Source: Opitutaceae bacterium
GTDB taxonomy: Bacteria; Verrucomicrobiota; Verrucomicrobiia; Opitutales; Coraliomargaritaceae
DNA length: 64,000 nucleotides
NCBI GenBank assembly: GCA_051252375.1
Contig: JBPOFY010000007.1
Span: 1 to 64,000 of the forward strand
Direction of reading: 5' to 3'
Within the stretch, counting starts at the first letter, position 1, and each line of letters opens with the position of its first letter. Positions 1 through 8,545 of the stretch are shown here, piece after piece. The notes under the pieces were generated by a model. That model worked only from the letters and a program-made list of their open reading frames with translations, searched no databases and was not told the origin of the DNA. A program made the position numbers and the translations under genes.

Positions 1-1371
1 AATCCGTATGATGTTACTGGCAGAACTCCTATCGCAGGCTTCGGCACTGGGGGCTGGATTTGTCAAATGTTCTGGGACTACTACGACTTTACACGCGACG
101 AGGCCCTGCTAGCTGAAACCGTCTATCCCGTGCTGTATGAGCAGGCCAACTTCGCTTCCCGCTTCGTTCAAGACATCGATGGCAAGCTACTGGCCAAGCC
201 TTCCTCATCTCCTGAACAATATCTGGAAGGGAAAAAGAAGCGTGAGTCCATCGGCACTACCTTCGACCAGCAGATGTTCTACGAAAATCATCACAACACA
301 CTCAAGGCCGCCAAAATCCTCGGACGCACCGATGACCGGTTAGAACTCTACGAAAAGCAACTTCCGCTGTTGGACCCGATACAAGTTGGAAAATCCGGAC
401 AAATTAAGGAGTTCCGCGAAGAAGAATTTTACGCGGATGCAGGTAGTTCGATCGATCCCCACCATCGGCATACGTCCATGCTGCTTGGATCATACCCAGG
501 GCAGTTGATCAACGCCTCGACTCCGGCATGGCTCGATGCCGTTGAGGAAACGCTGACTTTGCGCACAAGAAAATCGAATATCGGCTGGGCGCGCGCCGAG
601 CGTATTGCTTTCTGGGCTCGTGTGTATGATGGCGATGAGGCGTATCTTTTCTATCGGGATTTGTTGGAAGGAAACTTCCTTCACAATTTATTCAACGACC
701 ATCGGGGAGGCCCACTGTTCCAGGCCGACGGCAACTACGGCGCCACCGCTGGAGTTGCGGAGTTACTCCTGCAGAGCCAAGACTATGTGGTCACACCATT
801 GCCAGCATTGCCTAGCGCTTGGTCGAACGGCAGTTACCGCGGAATCTTAGCGCGAGGCAACTTTGAGGTCTCCGCAAAATGGTCTGATGGTCAGGCTAGC
901 CAACTAGAGGTATTGTCCAAAGTCGGCGGAACATTAGATTTAAGATATCCCAACGTTGCCAAAGCCGTCATTAAGACCGCCGACGGGCAGGCAGTCGTAT
1001 TTACTGCCAAGGGCACAGATCAAGTTAGGCTCGAGTCAACTAAAGGGGAGACCTATGTAGTCACTGACATTCCAGCTTACGTTTCCGTGGCTGCTCCTGA
1101 GAACCTAAAGATGGAGCAGGGGGATAAGTTTAACCGGATCAAACTCTCGTGGGACGAAGGCACCGACGCGTCGTCATACAATCTCTACCGAGCTGTTGGC
1201 AACGCACCAGACTATGAGTTGATCGCTTCAAACATCGAAGGCACCGACTTTAACTACAAAGTTACTGACTTAAAAGGGATAGAGCAGATGACTCTGAAGG
1301 TCACTGCAGTAGGCGAAAGTGGACGCGAAAGCGTTCAGGGAGCCACTGTGATCTGGTTTCATAAGATGTAA
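1..1371 (+). CDS. GH95 alpha-L-fucosidase-like protein, C-terminal part (5' truncated by window edge), with C-terminal fibronectin type III domain
   Basis: Frame is open from base 1, upstream of the ORF-track Met at 67. GH95 motifs SSSPE, HRHTSML, FQADGNYGATAGVAELLLQS, LPALPSAWSNGSYRGILARG. FN3-like APENL...LSW...SYNLYR. Confidence 0.88.
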   Translation, partial: NPYDVTGRTPIAGFGTGGWICQMFWDYYDFTRDEALLAETVYPVLYEQANFASRFVQDIDGKLLAKPSSSPEQYLEGKKKRESIGTTFDQQMFYENHHNTLKAAKILGRTDDRLELYEKQLPLLDPIQVGKSGQIKEFREEEFYADAGSSIDPHHRHTSMLLGSYPGQLINASTPAWLDAVEETLTLRTRKSNIGWARAERIAFWARVYDGDEAYLFYRDLLEGNFLHNLFNDHRGGPLFQADGNYGATAGVAELLLQSQDYVVTPLPALPSAWSNGSYRGILARGNFEVSAKWSDGQASQLEVLSKVGGTLDLRYPNVAKAVIKTADGQAVVFTAKGTDQVRLESTKGETYVVTDIPAYVSVAAPENLKMEQGDKFNRIKLSWDEGTDASSYNLYRAVGNAPDYELIASNIEGTDFNYKVTDLKGIEQMTLKVTAVGESGRESVQGATVIWFHKM

Positions 1372-1598
1372 GGAAGATTCATTTCGCGATTCAAAAATTT
1401 GTCCCACGTCTGAATAGCACGAACTTAAGCGATTCATCGAGATGATGTTCAAAATTTCATTTGGAGGGCAATGCTCCGTCATTGCTGCAGAAACGCCTAA
1501 ATACTGCGAACTATCGGCGGTTGCTACAGAGCGCAACCCTCCAGCTTTTTACCGAACATTTTCTTAAGCTAGTGCCATTTCCCCGCATCTCATAATTA

Positions 1599-3146
1599 AT
1601 GTCAAAATACCTCAAAATGAACAGCCGAAGGATTGCCTTGGTGGCGATTGCCTTGATTACCAGTATGGTTACGTATGCTTCCGCCAGTTCGGATGACTTA
1701 CCTCCGTTAACAGCATTCGAGTTGAGCGCGGATAAGGTCACCGCAATGGTTGCGTCTCGCGGTGCCATCAAAGGCGGAGCAATGCCACATTTTCGTAGTG
1801 GAAACGTGGTGTATAAGTTTGAATCGCCTGAAGATACAGTCAGCTGGAAAGTTGTGGTTCCCGAGGACGGTGACTATGTGGTGAATGTGCTTTTCAGCAC
1901 TCAGGCGTCTACGCAAATTGAAGTGAGCTCGGGCGACTCAGTGCTCAACGCACCTGCGATGCTTCGGACTTGGAAAGGAAAGCCATATTTCTGGCGTCAG
2001 GAGTTGCCTGGGATTTTGCCCCTAAAAGCTGGAGAGAATGAAGTAAGCTTTCGCCTTCCAGATGCGAAACCCATTCCAGGTAGAGATGATAACTCTCCAC
2101 GATTTGGACAGGGGGTGACCGAGAATTTCCATCTTTTCTCCATTGAGCTAGGAACTGCCGAGGCGCGTAAAGGAGAGATTGAACGGGCGAAGAAGATCCG
2201 AGGCGATGCTTCATGGATGGTGGATGGGAAATACGGCATCTTTGTCCATTGGTCGGCTAGGAGTCGGTCTTTCTACGGCGACACAATGCGAGCGGATTGG
2301 TTTCAGGAATCTGTGAAGCTATTTGATGTCGAGCACTTTGCCGATGCAGTTGAGCGCACGGGAGCCGCATGGATTACGTTTACCGCGACGCACCAAGGAT
2401 TCTATTGGCCCGGACCGAATGCTGCGATTGATAAGGTCGCACCGGGTCGCACTTCCGAGCGTGACCTGTTGGGCGAGATCATTGATGCTCTTGATAAGCG
2501 GGGCATCCGCACATTGTTTTATCTGCATACTGGCTACAATGGCTACGATCCAAAAGTGTGGCGTGAAGCACTAGGTGCGAATGAGGTAGGTTCTACACGC
2601 TTCAGCGACAATATCGAAGCTATCCTACGTGAGTGTAGCCTGCGTTATGGGGACAAGCTGAAGGGCTTTGGATATATGGATGGCGCCCTTGCTTGGGACT
2701 ATCCACTGAATCCTGATTGGGAGGCTTGGGCACGTGCGATCAAAGCCGGTAACCCCAAAGCTGTTGTTGGCTTGAGCACCAATCGTGGCCCGATGGTCAG
2801 TCCTTTCAGTGAGTTAGGCGTGACTGATAGCGCGGGCACAATCTCCCGCCATGATCCGCAAAACTTCGGTTCGGGGCAGCAGTTCGGTGATGTGCTTCCG
2901 GCTTGGTGGTGTTTGATGGATGAGAACGGCTGGTATCCGGCCAAGCCTTTGAATGGCAAAATCAGTGAGGGGCCGATCCATTCCACCAAGGAGTATGTGT
3001 CATTTTTCAATAGCATGGCGGAGGAAGGTATCCCCGTGACGATGAACCTGATCATGCCAGCTGATGTGACGGCAGAGCATCCGGTTTTCGATCCGGAAAG
3101 TATGGCAGTGATGGAGGCAGTCAGGAGAGCGATTCGAGGGGAATGA
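1599..3146 (+). CDS. Secreted divergent GH29-like (alpha-L-fucosidase-fold) hydrolase with N-terminal CBM-like beta-sandwich
   Basis: Signal peptide. YGIFVHW, TATHQGFYWP, RDLLGEIIDALDKRGIRTLFY and GYMDG resemble the GH29 barrel motifs. Start may be 1617. Confidence 0.6.
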   Translation: MSKYLKMNSRRIALVAIALITSMVTYASASSDDLPPLTAFELSADKVTAMVASRGAIKGGAMPHFRSGNVVYKFESPEDTVSWKVVVPEDGDYVVNVLFSTQASTQIEVSSGDSVLNAPAMLRTWKGKPYFWRQELPGILPLKAGENEVSFRLPDAKPIPGRDDNSPRFGQGVTENFHLFSIELGTAEARKGEIERAKKIRGDASWMVDGKYGIFVHWSARSRSFYGDTMRADWFQESVKLFDVEHFADAVERTGAAWITFTATHQGFYWPGPNAAIDKVAPGRTSERDLLGEIIDALDKRGIRTLFYLHTGYNGYDPKVWREALGANEVGSTRFSDNIEAILRECSLRYGDKLKGFGYMDGALAWDYPLNPDWEAWARAIKAGNPKAVVGLSTNRGPMVSPFSELGVTDSAGTISRHDPQNFGSGQQFGDVLPAWWCLMDENGWYPAKPLNGKISEGPIHSTKEYVSFFNSMAEEGIPVTMNLIMPADVTAEHPVFDPESMAVMEAVRRAIRGE

Positions 3147-3231
3147 CCATTCTTGGTGTTATTCGTGGTTAGAATATATACTGACTCCCAATTCCCGAAT
3201 GAAGGCAGGTCGCGCAAATATTCAGCTGCGC

Positions 3232-3277
3232 ATCGCGCTTATACGCGGTATGCAAGATTCGGTGATCATGCTATAAC
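3232..3277 (+). promoter_or_regulatory. Palindromic box (family B) plus extended -10
   Basis: ATCGCG-CTTATA-CGCGGT at 3232-3249, then TGC-TATAAC at 3269-3277. Same geometry as the sites at 7028 and 34875. Confidence 0.6.
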
Positions 3278-3341
3278 ATTGCATGATTGCTGGACGTTTC
3301 ATTGGCGCTCTCTGATTATGATAAAATCTAAATTTTTTAAC

Positions 3342-4892
3342 ATGAATATACCTCGCACACTATCGACCCTTATCCTCGCAACGCTTTGCTCAGCGTTGAA
3401 TGCTGCGGAGCAGCCCAATATTATCTATATCCTCGCCGATGACCTCGGTTATGGCGATGTCCAGTGTCTCAACCCAGAGCGTGGTAAGATACCTACGCCG
3501 CACATGGACCAACTGGCGAGTGAGGGCATGACCTTCACAGACGCACACACAACATCATCGGTTTGCACACCGACACGTTACGGGGTGATTACGGGGCGCT
3601 ACAACTGGCGGACCACTCGTCAAAGTAGTGTGCTCGATGGCTATGGTCTGCCCATGATCGCGATTGATCGAATGACAGTGCCCAGCCTACTTAAAGAAAA
3701 TGGCTATACCACTGCGATGATCGGCAAGTGGCACTTGGGTCTCGGGATCGCTACGATCGATGGTAAGAAGGCGAAAGCCAAAGGTGGCCTTAAGGAAAAG
3801 AAGGGGCAGGGCGCATTTGCTCCGGAAGAACTTTCCAATATTGATTGGAAAGGCACCATCGAAGGTGGCCCAGTCGACCTCGGATTTGAGTCTTGGTTTG
3901 GTATTACCGCTTCGCTCGACTTCCCTCCTTACGTTTGGATCCGTGACCGAAACTGGATTGGCGAAGGCACACATTCCAAAGCATTTCACAGAGATGGTCC
4001 CGCCAGTGGGGACTTTGAGGCAATCGATGTGCTCGATCAACTGACCGCGGAAACCGTCGAATACATCGCCGAGTATGATAGCGACAAACCGTTCTTCATC
4101 TACATGCCGCTGCCTTCACCGCACACACCAATTGTTCCCACTTCAAAATGGCAGGGTAAAAGTGGACTCGGATCATACGGTGATTTTGTCATGCAGACCG
4201 ACGACGTGTTGGGGCAGGTTGTCAAAGCACTCGAAGATAAAGGCATTTCTGAAAACACCATTGTTATCATGACCAGTGACAATGGTTGCTCCCCACGCGC
4301 TGATTTCAAGAATCTCGAGAGTCACGGGCACTTCGCCAGTGCCCAATACCGTGGTGCCAAGGCTGACATCTGGGAGGGTGGTCACCGCGTGCCTTTCCTT
4401 GTCAAATGGCCCAAGGTGATCAAGCCGGGTAGTGTCTCTGATGAGCTCACCTGCCAATCCGATTTACTCGCAACCTGTGCTGACTTGGTTGGTGCAGATT
4501 TGCCTGCGAATGCGGGGGAAGATAGTGAGAGCATCCTGCCAGTCTTCAAGGGTGAGCCGACGGACTTCTCTCGAAAAGGTATTATCAATCACAGTATTTC
4601 AGGTCACTTTGCTTACCGTGAAGGAAAGTATAAGTTGGTCCTAGCTTATGGGTCCGGTGGTTGGATGGGACCTAAGGAGTCTCAGGCAAAGAAGGCGGGT
4701 CTTCCGAAGGCTCAGCTTTACGACCTCGATTCCGACCCAGAGGAACAAAATAACCTTTACGAATCTCATCCTGAACTCGCCGAGCGCTTACTCGCTCAGT
4801 TGACGGAATACGTCTATGGTGGCTCCAGCGTCGCGGGCAAAGCCTCTAAGAATGACCTTGAAAACATTAAGCTTTGGAAGAGCGGTCAGTAG
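3342..4892 (+). CDS. Formylglycine-dependent (family S1) sulfatase, secreted
   Basis: Signal peptide from ATG 3342 (MNIPRTLSTL). PNIIYILADDLGYGD, CTPTR, GKWHLG, SDNG, EGGHRVP, LYDLDSDP. Confidence 0.95.
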   Translation: MNIPRTLSTLILATLCSALNAAEQPNIIYILADDLGYGDVQCLNPERGKIPTPHMDQLASEGMTFTDAHTTSSVCTPTRYGVITGRYNWRTTRQSSVLDGYGLPMIAIDRMTVPSLLKENGYTTAMIGKWHLGLGIATIDGKKAKAKGGLKEKKGQGAFAPEELSNIDWKGTIEGGPVDLGFESWFGITASLDFPPYVWIRDRNWIGEGTHSKAFHRDGPASGDFEAIDVLDQLTAETVEYIAEYDSDKPFFIYMPLPSPHTPIVPTSKWQGKSGLGSYGDFVMQTDDVLGQVVKALEDKGISENTIVIMTSDNGCSPRADFKNLESHGHFASAQYRGAKADIWEGGHRVPFLVKWPKVIKPGSVSDELTCQSDLLATCADLVGADLPANAGEDSESILPVFKGEPTDFSRKGIINHSISGHFAYREGKYKLVLAYGSGGWMGPKESQAKKAGLPKAQLYDLDSDPEEQNNLYESHPELAERLLAQLTEYVYGGSSVAGKASKNDLENIKLWKSGQ

Positions 4893-5001
4893 TCACTGTC
4901 GTTGATTGGCATCCAGAATGTCGATCGTAGTTGGAAGCACTTGAAATCAATCTCGAGTGAGCTAACAGGCAGCAATTAAGCTCATGCTAATCAATTGAAC
5001 A

Positions 5002-6831
5002 ATGAATCTTCTCAAACAATTTCTGTGTGCTATCGTGTTGTCTGCTTCGTCGCTGTATGCCGCGCCACAGCCCAACGTAGTCTTAATTTTAGTAGACGAC
5101 TTGGGCTGGCAAGATCTGAAGTGCTATGACGTCGATGAGCCATCGCCTTATGACACGCCTTACCTAGATGCATTTTCCGAAAAGGGCGTGATGTTTTGGC
5201 AGGCATATTCTCCTGCACCGACGTGTTCGCCATCGCGCTGCGCTATTATGAGCGGAAACCATCCGGCCCGGGCGCAAAAAACGCACGTGGTGGGCGGTCA
5301 GCCGCCGTCCGCACGGAGTAGTCGCTCGCGGATGATGGACCCGTGGTATAGTGGACGGATGCCGGAGGACACCTTTACGCTGGCTCGGGCGTTGAATGCC
5401 AACGGCTATACAACAGGGCATGCGGGCAAGTGGCACATTGCGATGGATCACAGTGCCTTTCCGCAGCCTAAGGATGTTGGTTTCGACTACACTCGCTCCA
5501 GTCGGGGCGCGCACAGCTCGCGTGGTCTGGATAATCGATTGAAAGGCTTCGCTACAACGGCAGAGAAAGACCCTTATCGATTGGACGAGAACGGTTTTCC
5601 TTATCACCAAAATAATGAAGACGCGTTAACGTTTATCCGTGAAAATAAAGATGAACCTTTCTTCCTCTACTACTGCACTTGGTTGGTGCACTCACCGATC
5701 GTGACTCGCAACGAGGCATTGCTGAAGAAGTATGCCGAGCGCATGGGTGTAGAACCAACTCTCAAGAGCGATAAGAGTATGCAAGGACAGAAGGATCCTT
5801 TCTACGGCGCTATGGTTGAGTCGCTCGATTACTACGTGGGTCAGGTTATTAAATATCTGGAAACGACGGAAGATCCGCGCTGGGCAGGGCACATGCTGAG
5901 CGAGAACACTTACGTTATCTTTGCCTCTGATAATGGAGGCGTTAAAGGATACACTGACAACACACCTTTAGATAAGGGTAAATCGTCAGCAAAAGAGGGT
6001 GGCACCCGCGTGCCGATGCTGATCGCTGGTCCTGGCATTTCCGCTGGAGTGCAATCAGATGTGTTGGTGAACGGCCTCGATTTTTATCCGACGATTCTAG
6101 GGCTGACGGGCTCTACGCGACCGAAGGATAAAAACTTCGATGGCTGCGACCTAGCTCCGCTCCTGTTGGGCGATTCACAAGATCCGTCGCTGGTAAAGTT
6201 CTCTGACGGATCGGTGCGCGATACCATGATGTGGCACTTCCCGCATGGTGGTGATTTAGAAAGCACATTGATTGTCGGTGATTATAAATTGATCCACCAC
6301 TATGATCACGTAAACAATGATGAAACGCCAGAGTTCGAACTTTTCCAGCTCTATAAAACTGAAAATGGAAAACAGGTGCGTGTAGATATTGAAGAAGCTA
6401 AAAATATCGCTGGGCAGATGCCGGAAAAGGCAGCTTCGATGAATCATCAACTGATGCAAATGCTGACGGAAATGAAGGCGAGCTATCCATACTATAATCC
6501 GAAGAATAAAGGACTCCCCGGGCAAGATTCGGTCTGCACCGTTTTGTCTCACAAACTTAAGGGGAACATGGTGACGTTTTCTATCAAGGAAAACGGCGCG
6601 AAGGTGGTGCGAGCGGACTTGCTCTATACGCTGAGCGGCGGCGAAAAGCTTGAGGAATGGTTCCGAGTTTCAAATATTCAGAAGACTCACACCACGGCAG
6701 CTGTTGAACTGCCTGCTGGGACGACTCACTATTTCCTGAACTTGGTTGATGAAAACAACTTCCTTGTGAGCTATCCCGAGATCACAACGCAAAAGGGCAA
6801 ATACGCCGACCTGGCATTATCCGCAAAATAA
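5002..6831 (+). CDS. Formylglycine-dependent (family S1) sulfatase with C-terminal extension
   Basis: Signal peptide. PNVVLILVDDLGW, CSPSR, GKWH, SDNGG, EGGTRVP. Confidence 0.95.
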   Translation: MNLLKQFLCAIVLSASSLYAAPQPNVVLILVDDLGWQDLKCYDVDEPSPYDTPYLDAFSEKGVMFWQAYSPAPTCSPSRCAIMSGNHPARAQKTHVVGGQPPSARSSRSRMMDPWYSGRMPEDTFTLARALNANGYTTGHAGKWHIAMDHSAFPQPKDVGFDYTRSSRGAHSSRGLDNRLKGFATTAEKDPYRLDENGFPYHQNNEDALTFIRENKDEPFFLYYCTWLVHSPIVTRNEALLKKYAERMGVEPTLKSDKSMQGQKDPFYGAMVESLDYYVGQVIKYLETTEDPRWAGHMLSENTYVIFASDNGGVKGYTDNTPLDKGKSSAKEGGTRVPMLIAGPGISAGVQSDVLVNGLDFYPTILGLTGSTRPKDKNFDGCDLAPLLLGDSQDPSLVKFSDGSVRDTMMWHFPHGGDLESTLIVGDYKLIHHYDHVNNDETPEFELFQLYKTENGKQVRVDIEEAKNIAGQMPEKAASMNHQLMQMLTEMKASYPYYNPKNKGLPGQDSVCTVLSHKLKGNMVTFSIKENGAKVVRADLLYTLSGGEKLEEWFRVSNIQKTHTTAAVELPAGTTHYFLNLVDENNFLVSYPEITTQKGKYADLALSAK

Positions 6832-6863
6832 GTGACTGCCGCGACCGCGCTTTGAGGCTATCG

Positions 6864-6971
6864 ATGATTATGACGACAAGTATGCATCGTATTTTTTGCA
6901 CCGGACTGTTCGTGCTGGTCGCATTGATTGCCACACGGTATGCAGACGCCGTCAGCAGTGGATGGCTTTAG
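6864..6971 (+). pseudogene. 35-aa signal-peptide-like ORF, possible remnant of a deleted secreted-protein gene or a small protein
   Basis: Translates to MIMTTSMHRIFCTGLFVLVALIATRYADAVSSGWL*. GAGG upstream, hydrophobic core, A-D-A cleavage-like site, then a stop. Confidence 0.3.
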
Positions 6972-7027
6972 GGTAATAGGAATCACGTGAAGAACAATCC
7001 AATCACATGATAAGGTCGATCGTTCGC

Positions 7028-7072
7028 ATAGAGTGAATGCGCGATTACAAATATTTCTACCTCTGATATAGT
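7028..7072 (+). promoter_or_regulatory. Degenerate family B box plus extended -10
   Basis: ATAGAG-TGAATG-CGCGAT at 7028-7045 and TGA-TATAGT at 7064-7072. Spacing is identical to the 34875 site. Confidence 0.5.
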
Positions 7073-7088
7073 CTGATTCTTGAAGAAA

Positions 7089-8537
7089 ATGAAATTCCTC
7101 CTGACTAGTTACCTCGTCGCATTATTCTCCGTTTTATCCGTCAATGCTGCGGAGCATGCGCCCCAACTATTTGACGTTCGAGAATACGGATCCGTCGGGG
7201 ATGGCGTGACGCTCGATACTGCCGCGATTCAGGACGCGATCGATGCATGCACCAAAGCTGGGGGTGGCAAGGTTAGGGTGCCTGCTGGGCAGTATGCCAT
7301 CGGCACTGTTGAGATCAAAAGCAACGTCACGTTGTCACTAGATCATGGTGCAGAACTGTGGGGGAGTCAGGACAAGAAAGACTATCCTACCGAAGGACTA
7401 CGACCGGCACGTGAGGGTCAATCGCAATGCCTACTCTATGCAGAGGATGCGACTAATATTCGCCTGGAAGGTCTTGGCGTGATCGATGGTCGTGGCACCC
7501 CTGATGCTTTTCCTAAGCGCCGTGGCAAAGATGATCGTCCGAGGCTCATCCGTTTTGAAAACTGCGAGCAGGTTACTTTCTCGGGGCTAACTTACAAGAA
7601 CCCTGCCTTTTGGGGGATTCACTTAGTTGATTGTAAGGACGTGCATTTCACTGGTGTGAAAGTCCGCATGCGGAATAATCATTATAATAATGATGGTCTG
7701 GATATCGATGGCTGTGAAAACGTGTTGATTGAGAACTGCGATATTGTTGCGGGTGATGATGCGATTTGTCTCAAGAGTTCGTTGAATCCCTGCCGTAACA
7801 TTGTGGTGCGCGATTGTATTATCAGTAGCAATACAGCCGCTCTCAAATTTGGCACATCCTCTTACGGTGGTTTTATTGATATCAACGTGAGCAATTGCTA
7901 TTTTTATGACTGCCCGATGGGTGCGATTAAGCTCCTGTCGGTCGATGGTGGTCGTCTGGAGAACATATCGATTTCACGCATCGTTATGGACAAAGTCGGG
8001 TGTCCGATCTTTATCCGTCTAGGTAACCGCGGCAGCAGTTTTGGCAAAAATTCGTTTACCGGTGTGAAGCCAGTTGAAGCATCGAAGCCGAAAGGTAAAG
8101 AGGCGGGGGTCATTAAAAATATTCGTATCAGTGATGTGGTGGCGACAGTCACGATCGAAGACCGCGAGAAAGCCGCCAATGCACACTACAAGAAACTTAA
8201 GGTGAATACCTCTCCCGGCGTAACCGATAAAGAAAAAGCCAAGTCCGGTCCGATCATGATTACCGGCATACCTGGGCATTACGTCGAAGATGTCGTTCTA
8301 GAGAATATTCAGATTTCCTATCCAGGGCATGGCACGGAAGCAGATGCCAAACGCGAAGTGGCAGAGGACATTACACGCTACCCAGAGCAATTTTTCTTTG
8401 GCGTTCTTCCTACATGGGGTGCGTATATTCGGCACGCTAAAAACGTGAACTTCAAGAACGTGACAATGACCACCCGTGCCGAGGACGCGCGACCAGAGGT
8501 AGTCACCGTCGATGCTGAAAACTTTGTTACCGATTGA
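7089..8537 (+). CDS. GH28 family (polygalacturonase-like beta-helix) glycoside hydrolase
   Basis: Signal peptide. YGSVGDGVTLDTAAIQDAID, NNDGLDIDG, GDDAICLKS. ATG at 7089; an alternative TTG start is at 7080. Confidence 0.9.
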   Translation: MKFLLTSYLVALFSVLSVNAAEHAPQLFDVREYGSVGDGVTLDTAAIQDAIDACTKAGGGKVRVPAGQYAIGTVEIKSNVTLSLDHGAELWGSQDKKDYPTEGLRPAREGQSQCLLYAEDATNIRLEGLGVIDGRGTPDAFPKRRGKDDRPRLIRFENCEQVTFSGLTYKNPAFWGIHLVDCKDVHFTGVKVRMRNNHYNNDGLDIDGCENVLIENCDIVAGDDAICLKSSLNPCRNIVVRDCIISSNTAALKFGTSSYGGFIDINVSNCYFYDCPMGAIKLLSVDGGRLENISISRIVMDKVGCPIFIRLGNRGSSFGKNSFTGVKPVEASKPKGKEAGVIKNIRISDVVATVTIEDREKAANAHYKKLKVNTSPGVTDKEKAKSGPIMITGIPGHYVEDVVLENIQISYPGHGTEADAKREVAEDITRYPEQFFFGVLPTWGAYIRHAKNVNFKNVTMTTRAEDARPEVVTVDAENFVTD

Positions 8538-8545
8538 TTCCCAGC

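Noticed and set aside
1519..1550. GGTTGC...GCAACC hairpin as a terminator
   Set aside because: The stem is short and the T-run is not adjacent, so the support is too weak.
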